DNA of 60,180 nt, filler included, from Hausera hauseri (GCA_046269625.1; 11 parts of 11 records of this genome joined end to end with filler, not necessarily neighbours in it), one strand, 5' to 3'. Positions 21,640 to 35,564 are shown, counted from the whole stretch's first letter. Numbers and translations are program-made. The notes: generated by a model not told the origin, from the letters alone.

Positions 21640-24600
21640 CTTTAATGCCCATACGTCCAACTCTTACTTCGCCCCACCCGATTTTGCTTATCATCGTTAC
21701 ATGACAAAGAGACTTTAGCACTAGTTATTGTATACAGCTAGTGCTCAATTGATGGGATGATCGTTTGAGACACAACAGCCACTGATTGTCCTCCTCCTTC
21801 TGCTGCTACTGCTTCATATATGCGGCGATAATTACCGTGACCGATTTTCGTCTGCCTCAGCTGAACTTATTTTTCCTGCATTTTCGGTCCACAGTCCGTC
21901 AGAAGATTGTGGCACTTTGGGCGTAGTAATATCCATTTCCGATGCCGGACACGATCTTCACTTTCATCCTTGAAGCAGCCGATTTTATTGGTGGTCGCAC
22001 TGCTGTACAACGGATGATCCGGTAAGTAGTTGGACGTGTCCAGTAATCCATCTGACTGCATTTGCTGCAGTAGCTGTTCGCGATTGACATTTTTCAGACG
22101 TAGGAAAAAACTGTCTGTGTCATCGGCAACTATGTCAATATTGCATCCTTCAAACATTTTCCGGTAACGTGCCAAGTCGTAATACTGCAGTTCACTCATC
22201 CGCAACTTGTTCAGGTCCAATACCACTTGTCCAATTTAACTTGGCCGATCCAAAGCGACTTTTTTCCTGTTTAACAACACCGCAACCATCAATCGGCAAT
22301 GTGCATTGACCACCGAAACTGTAACTTGCTGGTACACGTGACCAGCTCTTTTCCAAGTTACAACCACTTTTTCAGTTTCTTCACTGTTTTTCCATACAGG
22401 GAATTGTTTTTCAACTTGTAGTAATCCTTTTCGAACTTTGTACAAGGTGCGGTTCGTTTCTCCGATTTTTCATCTATGCACGCCTTAAATATTGGAGCCT
22501 GAGCAAATCGAATTGCACGATGCAGCTGTGTGTCGCATACACCGAGCTGCATGTAAAACTGTAGCAGACGCCAATGGACCACGTAGTTCAACTTCGGTTC
22601 ATGAGTCATGAGCAGTTTCTTCACTTTTAAGCTGGGCGGACATTGGTTAAATGATGCGACCGGTAAATCGTCCAAAACATCATGCAGCTCATCTGGTATC
22701 TCAAGATCGACCTCCATCAGGTATCCAACTGAGCCTGCCATGTCTGCTCGTGGTAGGTTGACCATTATGTCGTCCAGATCTTGTCTGCCGACTACCCATT
22801 CAAATGAACCGTACGAAAAGGGTTGCGAAAGCGCCCAGCCATAGAGGTTATTAATATCAATATACAGCAGTGATATAATATCGGTAGCACGGACCTGATG
22901 CTTGTTGACAAATGTCATGCAGTCGTGAATACCAACATGAAACAGCCGATAAATTTCCGGGTTTTGCAGCAGCTCGATGTCTTGATCCAGTAACATTAGA
23001 GCTGACGCCCAACTCATTCCCGGTATTGAATAAAAGTTGAGTGGCCTCAGCCTATCTTCAGCCAAAGCTTTTTCTCGAAACGCTTTGAACACATCGGCTA
23101 ATAAGTACACGTCCAGTTTAAAATACTGGAGCATGTAATCCAACATGTTTCTACAGCCGAGTTCTGTACAACACCTCTGTTCTTTCCGGTATTCATCCTC
23201 TGCAATACCTGTCCATCACAGAGGTAATTCCTATGCTGTCCAGAGTCGCTCATATGATGTTGCAAACTCATATGGAAATATGCCTTTGCTGTGTGCAATA
23301 TGTGCATGGAACTGCGTCAATGCTATCGGCACATCTGGCAAGGCATTTACCACCTTTGACAATGATTCATTGAGAAATTTCAATGAATCAAGGAAACGTA
23401 CCTGGAATCGCTTTACACGTGCCGACAGCCATAAGTATTTTTTCATTGTCGTTGTGATTATGGACAGTTCCCAGTGCGGAAAGCCGTTAATAGCCCATTT
23501 GAGAATATGGTGAGAGTCATAACCTCGGAAATTATGAAAGATCACCGGCAGGAATTGTTGCACTCGCCTTGCTAAATTGCATGAATTGCATGCTGCTCCC
23601 AGGTATCAACCGGTGAAATTGTTGTGATTCGGTACGAGCCGTTCCTGTTCATCAAACGGTATTATTTTGTGGCACAGATAGCATCCATCGGTGACAGAGA
23701 AAAGCAACGGTTGATATTTCTCTGCCCAAATCAATGTCTTATTGCAATTGTTGAGATACTACGACGAGATTTCCGTTTCCACTATTGTTTCCAACAGCTG
23801 CAGAAAATCACGTACATGGTTCCAACCATGGAAAACGTAATACTGCGGTTGTTTGGCGGCTCTTATTAGAACTAGCAACATACCGACGGTAATTGGAACG
23901 TGCTTTAGATCGTATACATTGTGCCATGGTAGAATTGCTTCGATATCGGCATACACGACATATGCCGGACTGTCCGTTTTAGACCAATCACTGAATGTGA
24001 GCTCCTTTTTGACGGGCATGACGTACATTGTTGTCCTTGATGCGTTTTGCCTGCATTTTGTGACATGTTTCTTCCACGTTCTTTCCGATCTGAATCCATG
24101 CAGACATATAGGACACCATTAGCATCGTATTCGTTGTTTAATGAACTGGTCATGCTCCATGTTCAACAGTCTATCCAGATTTGTCACTGCTACGTAATGA
24201 AATTTTTCGGCCTGCTCCAACAGCAACAAAATTACCGAGCGTCCATTCAGGTTCCGACTACGATGAATTATGTCCACATGGGGTTCTTATAAATTTCTCC
24301 GTCTTTCGGTATTTCAGCTATTGTGTTGTACCGGAAAACGTTGATTGACAGCGTCGGATTACGCCCGAAAAAAGCTGGCATTCATCAAATTGCAATTGGG
24401 CAAAATAATGCCCATACTGATTTGGACGATTTGCGTGATATTTGTTCACTTCGATGTACTTCAGTACAACCAGAATACTGCATATAAAACAGTATTCGTC
24501 GCCGTCTTCAGTATTTTGTACATTCATTACAGCCAGAGACTGATTAGAGATACAGGTGTCGGTATGAATGACCGTCCAGACAAATACACCACGTCATTCG

Positions 24601-25393
24601 ACTTTGTTATGATAAAGCCGAGTGTGACAATTCGCATATTTCGCCATCCCTACCCTTTCGGTATAGTTGGAGATTTTCTCATCCAACTTTTCGCCTACGT
24701 CGGCAATAAAATCTTCCGAATACGGTACGGCTCGATGTTATGGGTACCATTGTTTCCTGTCACGTTCAACATTTTTAAATTCTGCACTAAGCAATTGTTG
24801 AGTTCGAATTTCTCAAACTCTAATTCCAACCGGCTGCGCACACTGGACTGAACATGCCTCAGCTTTAGTGTTTTTGTCCCCGACATGTTTACTTTCACGT
24901 CCACGTACGATTTGTTTAGATCACACTTGACAGTAATGGAAAGTTCCTGCTGTTGCATCTGCTGCTGCTGCTGTTCGGTAGTGTTTCGGATTAAGTCGTC
25001 AAGACTTGTTAAAGCCTGACGTTTCCTGCTTGTTGAGGGGATACTGGTTTTTCTTGTCGCCATCACTATTGCCTTTTTGGACCGCTGAAACTGATTCAAG
25101 TGGTCCTTATGCTGGTTATAAATTTGCTTATAGTTGATTTCGTCAACTATAGAACAACCGGGACAAAGGTAGGCCCGTTTACCGTGCACCGTTGTGGCGC
25201 CATAGTACTGCTTTATTACACTATGACAACCATCAAGGTCATACACTCCACTACTACAGTATTGTGGGTATGTGGGGCAATGCACAACCATAATCTTCTT
25301 GTCAAGCGTAAACGGGCAAAGATGATGCTTGTGCATCGCATAAAAGTTGGGATATGGACAAATGGCCGAAATACTACCGCACGTTGTGCACAA
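21640..25393 (-). mobile_element. Decayed protein-primed family B DNA polymerase (Polinton/adintovirus type) with Cys-rich N-terminal region
   Basis: ExoI YADIEAIL, ExoII FHNFRGYDSH, KGIFPYE, ExoIII YFKLDVYLLADVF, motif A YIDINNLYGWA, motif B YKLKNNSLYGKT, motif C DDTDSFF, IGCFKDE; frameshifted. Confidence 0.92.
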
Positions 25394-25539
25394 ATATGAG
25401 TCTGTGCCAACGGAGTAATATTNNNNNNNNNNNNNNNNNNNNNNNNNNNNNNNNNNNNNNNNNNNNTTAATTAATTAANNNNNNNNNNNNNNNNNNNNNN
25501 NNNNNNNNNNNNNNNNNNNNNNAAGGGAAAGTCCTATGA

Positions 25540-25800
25540 GGTTGATTTATACACTATTCGACACAGAATTAAATTCTGAACAACATAGCACTTTCAAAAG
25601 AATTTTGGCACTAAGGAAAAAAATTTCTCGCGTAGAACTAAAAGACATATGCAAATTTTGCACATTTTTGTGCTATAGCACAACAGCGAAAAGTCATATG
25701 AAGTTGCTTCATACACCATTCGACGCAGAATTAAATTCTGCACAAGGTGCAACTTTTAAAATTAATTTACCTACCAAGGGAAAAAAATTTCTCGATAACA
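25540..25800. repeat. Two diverged units of about 160 bp with palindromic core CAGAATT-A-AATTCTG
   Basis: TTCGACACAGAATTAAATTCTGAACAA at about 25557 and TTCGACGCAGAATTAAATTCTGCACAA at about 25719. Confidence 0.7.
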
Positions 25801-26719
25801 TAAAAAACTTTCCCACGCTCAATGCTTTCTTTCCCTGGCGGGGGCTTGGGGCAATGCACTCCTTTCCATCTACTGACGATAAGTTTGTTACGTCGGTTGC
25901 TAACGAATTGGGTATTGCTGTTGATGCATTGTACAGAGTTCTAGCCGAAATAAATCGGCTTTTGCGGAGAATTCCGCTGGCCGTTAGCGAATGAGAATCG
26001 ATGGTTCTGTGGGCCTCGTTCTGCAGTGGTGTAACGGAATCACCGGAGACTTCCTGGCTGCCGGGATTTAACCAGTACAGTCTATACGAAGAACCGTTAT
26101 GTGACGGGGAAGGTAATTGTCATGATGAAGAAGGCGTAAACATCCTATACGCAACTGAGTCCACGTATATAATACGTGTTAGCACGGTGTCCGCCGATGG
26201 GAAATTGCAGTTGGGTTTGCCGACGATGGGGTGTCCGCAGTTCGTCACGAGAACATTGTGTCTGATAATTACAACATTACAATTGGTAAATGCTACTGCC
26301 GATAAAAACACAATAGCACAACTAGTATAGGAATGAATTGAAAGCATTACAAAGTCGAAACAAATATCCTCAACACTTGAATAAGGAATTATTTCGATAT
26401 AACTGCATCCAGGTGTCTTTTTAATTTGAAAACTGAGTTCGTTCAAGATTCCTTCGTTTGAATCCAACTGAATCCTCTCCAACGAAGATTCTTCATTTTC
26501 AGTTCCATTTTTGCTGGAGAAAACCTTACGTGTCTAACTTATAAATTGTTCACGGAAATCTGAATTATGGAGTAAAAGTATCAGTCTAGCTGTTTCAGAG
26601 ATGTGTTCATCGTTTCGGCAGTTACGAGCGACCCATTTATTAAACGAACCAAAATACATTTTAAATATGCGGTCTGTTTCCGATATAATATTACAAATCC
26701 TAATCACGGGAACTCTGTT

Positions 26720-27800
26720 ATTCTGCTTATCCCTCTTGAACTTATTCAGAATTGCGAATAATTGTGCCTCGTTTTGTTTAGATTTTTTTAAAATGTTAAT
26801 TACGACGGACTTCGAAACTCCATCGTATGGACTGTTTTGTTGACCATATTTTCTGATATACGTATTCAAATTAGTCGACAAAATCAAATCAGTAAGTTGC
26901 CTCATTTCTTCAAAAACCAGAATAATTGTATCAGGAGAAACTCCGGTAACTGGAATATTGCGAGAAATTTCCACAAGACATTTTATATCAGCCGATAATT
27001 GTTGCACGAACTTTCTCAATCTGCGCGGCTCATATTCAAGGAATTTACGAACTTTTTCTTGATATATTTGCATGATAACAAGCATGCGATTTGGGCTAGT
27101 CGAGCCGGCAGATTTGTGCAATATTCAAACGTCGTCCGTAAATAAGAAATAACATTGGAATTAAATTCCGAGGGAGGTGCAATGTCGCTAGTGGTAACTG
27201 AATTAATTTTACGATTCAGGAAATGGATTTCGGGGTTGCCATTAGACGAAGAGTGTGAATTAATTTCGACATATTTTCATGAAATATGTGATCAAACATG
27301 ATCACAAACAAAATGTTTGTGGAATGATTTAATTGACCTTTCAATTGCTTTTGATGCAGTTCCAAATTATCAGTAAATTGTTTCGACTTTTTATATGGTC
27401 TCGAAAAGTCTGGTAAATACTGAGTACCATCCAAGAGAAAGATAAGCTTTTAGGACAGGATAACGAGAGAATATCTGGCGATTGAAAACTAAGGTATAAC
27501 TCAACAACCAATTCTATTTTCGAATGACGGTTGACAATGATAGCAGAATAATCTTCACCTTCGAAATTTTCTTGGGATTGCTTTAAATATTCGTACGAGA
27601 GGAGCCTTTGATACTCTTTTCTTAGACTATTATACAACTGTTTAAACCCGGCAACATTAAAACCAAATAATCTCATTGTCTTTCCAAAAGGTACACGATT
27701 GTTTTTGAATTCTAGCAATGTATAAATGTCCTTAAATGTCAGTTTGTAGTTGATGTTGCTTACAATGGTTTCCAGTATAAACAAAATAAGGTCGTCATTA
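26720..27800 (-). pseudogene. EXOC6: Exocyst subunit Sec15/EXOC6-like decayed fragment
   Basis: TMRLFGF...LRKEYQRLL...FEGEDYSAI; FSWMVLSIY; STNILF; VQQLSADIKC...PVTG...DTIILVFEEMRQLTDL...NTYIRKYGQQNSPY...KFKRDKQ are colinear with the Sec15 C-terminal half; split across frames. Confidence 0.7.
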
Positions 27801-29489
27801 TGGAGTCGCACTTTAATATCTGGTTCAAGGTATTTGGGTAACGCAACACAAAAGTAAATAAGAAACGTTGGATCAAATATAAAACTCGATGTAACAAATA
27901 TGACAATATTAAACCAATTGAAATATATTAAAAAACATTGAGTGAGCCAGGTAAAACACAGTTCATTAATGAGATATCCACATATTTGGAAAGATGAATA
28001 AACCGATGGACATTCCGTTGTTACAATAAGTTTAATCCCATGGTCTGTGAAGTGTAACATGAGATTTGGATCACGATGTAGAGCCTTATAAGGCCATAAA
28101 ATTACTGATTCTTTACATTTGTTAAGTGTTAAAAAGTTCTAGACATGATTTTTTTAATATAACATTCCTCGTCTAGTCTTTGTTGGTAATAGTAAATTTT
28201 GTGAGGATCCTTCTCTCACTAACCCCAGCCCAACAAGCAAATCGTGATGCAAGAAACAGACACAGGGCGCCTTAAAGACAAAAACCAGACTCACTAGTGA
28301 GCATCTGTATTCCGAAGTCCAACGAATCCAATCGTTTGTTTCAACAGGATCAGAACTGTACATTAACTGACACCAATTGTAGTAATTTCGTAATATATCG
28401 GCTGTTGTTACTGTCCCTTTTACGTAAATAATAAGAGTAAAATGTTCAAAATTTATAACCAGGTTTTGTTGGTGCATTTAAATGTTACACATAAGATTTC
28501 TTTGCACCAACAAAATGTTATAATGATTTGGTACACCACAACATTTTAAACATATGGTAGGTAATGATATGTACTTCCGTTCCTCGATTTTCATCAAATT
28601 ACGAAAATGAAAAGGCGGTTTCAACTGATGAAGATTTATTTTGCACATTCAATTAAACTTTTTCAACTTTTCTTTTTGGATATCGTGTAATTAAAACAAC
28701 ACATTTTTAACACAGTACCACAGAATAATGAATCCGACCTCCGTCCATGAACCCCCACGGCTGCTTCGCATCACGATTTTCATGCTATTAGTCAGGATTA
28801 TTAAATCCTTTTAAAATTTCTAATTCATCTGTTAATTATAAAATTAGTGAAAAAGTTTTCACATTCATCTACAATTTATTCAAAAATAAAGCTTTTACAC
28901 AGCAGGAGTATAGAACACTGAAAACAAAACTGACCACTTAAACAAAGAGATCCAATATCCAATCACGAAGTGAAGCTCATTGATAAAATCAACTGCCAGA
29001 ATATAAACATCTTTATACAAACTCATGACTTTGGACCAATTACATTTGTGATAAACATAAACCGAACATGAAGTACAGACGAATAAGGAAAATATTTTGC
29101 ATAATGACTTTGATAGAAAATAAATACAAATTTGGCAATGACCAGTTTATTTACAATGGAAACAGTTAACTGAAATTGTCATTAATAATCGAATTTCAAT
29201 TGAAGTCCGCGAGAAAAGCCGTAATGGTGCAAAATTCCATCAGACACGAATCGCGAACGAGTGCTTTTTTGGTATTTTATAAGCCAGGCGGCATGGCAAG
29301 AAATTTACATTTTCTTGAACAAAAAGGATAAAATTTTCTAGCAAAATATATGCAGTTGGTATGTCCAACAAATATCAGGCATTTGGCCATAAATTAGATT
29401 CGCGCCTTGTGCAAGCTAATCAATGTCACATTTCTCGGTTATAAAGCATAATTCTTTTTTTGCAACACACAAATGTGATAGGCACTATA

Positions 29490-30620
29490 ATACCCCCCGC
29501 CCCCCACCATGGCTGAGTTGATAAACAATAAAGGAAAGGCTAAAAGAAAACTGTAGTATCACCAGAACAGACAAATAATTTATCTAACAAGTTTTTATGC
29601 GTACAAGACGTTGTACTCCATCGATGTTTAGTTCTCTGCTATAGTTACTGAAAGTAGCGGACTTGCGACATACCTTGACTATAGTGTCTGACTGCTGGTG
29701 GTGTTTGTCAATAGAAATATTAGTTTTAGTGTGATTTGATGTTGTTGCTGTGGAAGGTAATATAAAAAGTTGAGAAGATGTGGTTATAGCTGAATTATCC
29801 TAGTTTTCTGCGGTAGTTTGGGTAGGTGACAAGTACAGAGGTTAATTGGGAATAGGCGGAGGTATAGAAATATGGGGTGGTGCAGAAGTAGTGTTAAAGT
29901 AGGGGTAGAGGGAAATGTAGGGAGTAGTGGATTTGGTAGATGATGATGTCGGCACATGCGTGGTAGACGGAGGAATTGAAATCGGGGTAGAGGTGGGTAC
30001 AGGTGTGATGAATGAGGTTGATGTCTCGGTTGGTGAGGTATCGTCCACGAAAAAGGAGGGTTTTAGATTAGTTATATGCACAACAACTTCTTTCTCGTCT
30101 TTGAGGATAATACCGCTGTGTGAATGCAGCTGTACCAACTTATATGGTCCTAAGTACAGTGGTTGGAAACCGCACAGTGTCTGGTTTTCTAGCCATACAA
30201 ACTTTACCGAGTATAAGTCTTCGGGTATATAAGATTTGTCATTGTGTGAAAGCCTGCAAAACGAATCTTTGATGATTATAACAAAATGATATTGTGCTGC
30301 TCGTATTCTTTCATCCGTAGAAGACTGTTCAAGAGCCGTTAGTTCAAAAGTGATCGTACAAAGGTTCCGAATAAATCTTCCGTTGGTGAGTATCCTGTGG
30401 ACGTGGCCGAAGTGTTCTACCAGCTCAACAGGACGAACGGTAGAAGTGTAATCCAATTGGTGTTTGACTGTGTAAGGATTCGAAGTTATGTTTTTAAGGT
30501 TCGGTGGAAACGTTCGAGCAGACGATTTGATTGAGGATGATAAGGTGTTGTATGAATGTGACTTATACCCAATCGATTGACTAGAGATTTGAACAGATTT
30601 GACTCGAATTGTAGACCTTG
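29490..30620 (-). mobile_element. 3' end of a CsRn1-like Gypsy element: integrase C-terminus, Pro/Thr-rich tail, polypurine tract
   Basis: HTTPYHPQSNRLLERFHRTLK (30490-30560), LQPLYLGPYKLV, PPT GGTGGGGGGCGGGGGG at 29493-29508; homologous to 41491-41900. Confidence 0.82.
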
Positions 30621-30720
30621 NNNNNNNNNNNNNNNNNNNNNNNNNNNNNNNNNNNNNNNNNNNNTTAATTAATTAANNNNNNNNNNNNNNNNNNNNNNNN
30701 NNNNNNNNNNNNNNNNNNNN

Positions 30721-32070
30721 ATAATTGTATTTCTATTTCTTCTTGATAATCGTTAAAACTATTTTTTAAGAGGTGCAAAAATCGTTTAATGACTTTCACT
30801 GAAGGGTTTTTACTGTAAATTAAACTCCTGTAATCATTTCGAATCTGAATCGTTCTCCAACATGCTTGTATTCTAATAATATATCTTTCATGATACCTAA
30901 AATATCGTAATCGTTGATTATATTTCCTTCTCTTGCAACTCATTCTACAATACAATTGAACTTTAATTATAATTCTCACGTTTCTTTTGTAGTGTGTCAT
31001 TTTGGTATTAAATCTTCTCCTTTGTCTTATCATCTTCCAAAGTGATTGAATCAAAATAATTTTTGACTCGTGATGCATAAAATATAGCCATCTTTCTCAA
31101 AGTTTTTTTAAACTATAAATCCTCGGCTGTTATGTTAGAGTTCCTCTCTATTCAGAAGAATAGAATCTTTTCTAAATTGGGGTAAGTCGTCTTTTCTAAA
31201 TCGTCTTACTTCAAACATACGTAGTAAATAAATTTAATAATAACGCTGGTAAAGTTTAAATCCTTATTTGTCAAGTAATGATAAATTTCAACTGCATCTT
31301 GTTTGTCTAAGGCCAACTTTGTTGCAGTCAGTTTTAATCCCAGTCTCATAGCATGAGCACATATTTTATTAGCATAATTTACAGCTGACTTTACTTCATC
31401 TACAGTATCTTTTCGTCTTTTTCTTTTTCTTTCAAACTGCAAAGCATAAAAATAAGTTTGAGAAGAATCAGGATTTAATTTTGTAAATTCCATGCAAGGT
31501 TCTATAAGTATCTGCATCAGCATTTTATGATTCCCGTGTCTCATACAATCATTTATCTTTTTTAAATGACTTTGTTTTACGTTTTCCACTACAGCACTTT
31601 CATTACATTTATCAATAATTGTCTGAATTTCGGAATGGGTCAAGAGAGGATTTTTTGAACTAAGTTTTTCAATTCTAACTTTCTTTAAAGCATCTAAATA
31701 AGAGTTAGAATATGATGAATGAAGATTTTCAAAATAAGAATCGGTTAACGTTAAAGCTTTGTACAATGGCTCCCTAATTCACTGCAGTAACACACTGAAG
31801 TGCTTCAACAACTTCAGATAATTCTTCATGAGTTAAATCATTTTGCTTATCCTCCTTAGCAAGTTGCAACTCAATGATATAATGGTGCTACATATTCTTT
31901 AAATCCTTGAGGTAACATAACGTTTTTCATTTTCTAAAGCATAAAATGTTTCACCAGGGTTATTTCCATCCAAGAGACTGTTGATATTATAGACTGCTTG
32001 ATTCATTTTCTTTTCTTGATCAGCATATTCATTTCCACGCTGTATACATTGATGCATACTATCAATTATT
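30721..32070 (-). pseudogene. IQGAP: IQGAP-like fragment (IQGAP repeats, IQ motifs, pre-GRD segment)
   Basis: IILIQSLWKM, IIRIQACWR...RNDYRSLI...NPSVKVIKRFLHLL...DYQEEIE; LTHSEIQ; stops or frameshifts between ORFs (tiny introns not fully excluded). Confidence 0.75.
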
Positions 32071-32951
32071 GTCGCTAAGTCAAGTGAACGTGAAATGTAA
32101 TCGACAGATAATTCCTTTAAGCGTCAACATTATAAAGTACCAATCTTTATTTGCAGGAAATAGATATTTTAAGTTCATTTCAGTTAACACTGTCATGATT
32201 TCGGTAATGTTCTGGTTTTCTACTAATTTTAGAAAATCAATTAATCTAAGAACCATGCTATTATAGAATATATTGCTGTTTTACTTTGTAGTAAATGATC
32301 TGACTAAATAGAAATTTTGAAACGAATCCAATACATATGAATCTTTGGATATTCAAAATGAACGAAACCCCAGATCCTGTATTACTAATATTATTACGCT
32401 GAAATAATCGATACAAGCATTGATCAACATTTTAGAAATTCAGGTTTAGATATGTCTATTTGTAATAAGCAAAATATAACAACTTTATAAAAATAAATAA
32501 ACTTTAGAACCGTATATTATCTACTGAATGCATCAAATTTCCAAAATTAAATATTATTGAAGGCGCTAGTATAATAGAGCCACAAATACATCCATTCAAA
32601 AAGATTTCGACATGTATAAAGATTTCCACTTTCGTTTCTCAATTTGTCAGCACGATGACTTTAACGTACTGTTTCTGTATTGTCAAAGTAAAAAATATTC
32701 AACTAAATTTCGTTCACTAATGGATCGTAGTTGACAATTGAAAGTCTGTTTATACGCAACTGATCGGAGATTAGGCGGACACTGTCATTTTGATCGAATA
32801 GCGATGACATTGTTGCAGACACACTACGGACTATGCTTAAATTTTTAATCAGAATGTTTTTGGAGTTGGTTATCATGTTTGTGCACCAATGGATTGCTTT
32901 TGAAAAGTCCCGTGAGATTTGTTTAAATTAATAGATTTTTCAAAAACATTA

Positions 32952-33303
32952 ATGGCAAGTATGGATAACGTTAGAAAAAGCAATGTGTTAGTTGTTGGGA
33001 CCGGTGGTATCGGTTGTGAGTTGATAAAGAATTTAGTCAAATGGAATTTTACAAAGATTACTGTGGTAAATTCCGATTTTTTTCTCATCTGAAATGTTTC
33101 CGACTTAGATTGATTTGGATACTATTGACGTTAGTAACTTAAATCGGCAATTTCTGTTCCGTAAAGAACATGTAGGGAAACCAAAAGCTTTAGTAATTTC
33201 GTTATTGCTGTGTATTTCTATAAGATTTATAGATTGCCAAAGAAAGTGCCTTGAAGTTTAATCCCAATGTCGAAATCGTTGCTTTACATGATGATATAAC
33301 AAA
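32952..33303 (+). CDS. UBA2: SUMO-activating enzyme subunit 2, first three exons (32952-33065, 33109-33192, 33233-33303); not in the ORF track
   Basis: [18 protein letters not shown] / [28 protein letters not shown] / [23 protein letters not shown]; GT-AG introns of 43 and 40 nt preserve frame. Confidence 0.9.
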
Positions 33304-33349
33304 GTTTGTTTTAAACTTTTACGAAAGCTTTGTTAACTGTTACAAAATT

Positions 33350-35564
33350 TTTAAGCATTAAATGATGAATAAGTTAGCTCACATGTCATCTGTACGGGCA
33401 GTACAACAGAGAGAAACTGGCTGCTGTTTGATCAAGCTGATCACAGTAATATTACACATAATATTATGACTTTATCATTTAAATATGACTTTTATTCTAA
33501 TAAAATCTTGACATTATTATATTGTTGTTTTATACCATCTGATATAGCATTGTAAAGTAAATACCATTTAAGTAACTGTATCTATGAATTCTGAGGAGTG
33601 GGAAACCATAAACCATAGTATTTTTGTTTACTAATTTACGGTTTTAAAACAATGTTATAATGGTGAAAATGGTCCAGACTATAGCTTAAATAAAATCTAT
33701 AGAAAGTGTTATGCCTTACAAGTGAAAGGTAATTCCTTCTGATTTTGATTTGACATCTAAACTGTTAAAACAATTCCAAGCTGCAGAACTACGAGGCATG
33801 TTGCTGCCTCCTCTCTGCCACCTCCAATATGGCGGCGACGCGGCTACGCCTTTCAGCTTCCGATGAGGAGTCTAGTGATGTCTATGAGTTTCAACCCAGC
33901 GACAGTTAGCTTGCAGCAGCTAATGTAGCAGCTGACCTGATGGACCGCTGTTTGGTAAGTTTTATGAGCTTATCTTAGAAACATGCATGCTTCATTATTA
34001 CAGTCGGATTATGCCTGTATATATTCACAATATTACTTGGTCTGGAAAAAGACTAGTTTGTAGTTTAACAGGTTAGAAAGTTCAGTATCTGTCTGACCAT
34101 GGAGCTAACGTTATGTTCTCTGCTATAATCATCTGGATGTGAGCAGCCTAAAATCATGTTTATATTGAGTGATAAATACAGAAATCAAACAAGTATGTAA
34201 CAGAACAAACAATGTTTTGACACTTTTGTGTATTATTGAGTTATTTCAGATCAAATTACTGTATTACTTCCTGCAGTATGTTGGTTTAGAAATGCTTATT
34301 GGTTAAATGTTTAATATATTTTGACCTGTTTGTCTTACAGCTCACCTGTCAGACCTTCAGTGATCACAGCAGACCACACATGTGAGTTATAGATAATAAA
34401 CCATCATCTGTATTGCTCACATATATTGTGTACTTTGTGTGACCTAAATTTATAGTTTAAAAAGTAAATTAAATAAATTTTCACGGTTACAGTTGTTTTG
34501 CTCATGTGTTTAGCATCTATTTCAAACAGCAACTGAACTGGGCTGTGATCAATTCATCTATCCTAAATAGAACAACACTGTTTAATTACACAAGCTCTCA
34601 AAATAACAGCAGGTTACAGTAGGTTATCCCGTGAACCAGAAGCTAACTTAATTGGTTGGTTAAAATAATAAACCTTCTTTTTTTACTTTTACCAGATTTG
34701 TATTTGTAGAAAACTAAACCATGTATTTAACAAATGACATTTGTAGATTAGAACAAGCAGCCTCTCTGAACAGAAAACAATAGCAGGCAAACATCTAAAA
34801 CATACAGGAGAGTGGGCCTTTAGGACTGGAGTTGAAAAACACTGCTGTAGACAAGGTAAACCTTCACCTGCTCAGTCTAGTGATAGAAAATAGTAACTGT
34901 TCAGATCCAAAACATTTGTAAAAGACAGGAATTGTGTCCGTTGTGTGACCAATAAAAGGTTAGCCAAAGCTGAAAGTCCAGGTGTCCATAAGTTCTGTTT
35001 CTTTCTCCATCAGTCAGGAACTGGTGGAAACTCTGACAGGAGGAGGTGTAGCAGACCCAACCCTGGATCCAGCAGGACAGCCCCAGATCATCACACTTCT
35101 TCCTCCATGTTTAACAGCTGTCACACTGAGAAACTGTACAGTCCTGCTGATGAACTGCAGCTTCATCAGTCAACACCAGCACCTTGTTCCAGGCTTCACT
35201 GCTCCACTGGTGGTGTTTTATGGTCCAGGCAAGCCTCTTTCTCATTCTGAGCTCTTGGAGAGGGTTTCTCTTGCACCTGCAGCTCCAAGTCTTGTCCTCA
35301 TAGTAGGACAGACCTGTCTTCTACAAACAGTATTAAACAGCTTGAAGCTGAGGGCTGAGCTGCTGTCACACACTGGACTCTCAGAAACATGTGCTCTGAT
35401 GCTGCTGTGGCTCTGAGTCTGCCTGACCTCTGAGTCTGCCTGACCTCTGAGTCTGCCTGAACTGAGTCTGCCTGACCTCTGAGTCTGCCTGAACTGAGTC
35501 TGCCTGACCTCTGAGTCTGCCTGACCTCTGAGTCTGCCTGACCTTTGAGTTTGCCTGAGATCGG
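33350..35564. other. Teleost-like non-coding DNA with a degraded Tc1-like piece at about 35050-35400; probable host contamination
   Basis: Change of sequence character after UBA2 exon 3; CAGCCCCAGATCATCACACTTCTTCCTCCATGTTTAACAG resembles antisense fish Tc1 transposase relics; UBA2 does not continue. Confidence 0.55.
35413..35559 (+). repeat. 17-bp minisatellite CTGAGTCTGCCTGACCT, about 9 units, some 16-bp variants
   Basis: Directly visible tandem array ending at the contig edge. Confidence 0.95.

Noticed and set aside
35413-35559. CRISPR-like array
   Set aside because: Head-to-tail minisatellite with no unique spacers, no cas genes, and a eukaryotic context.
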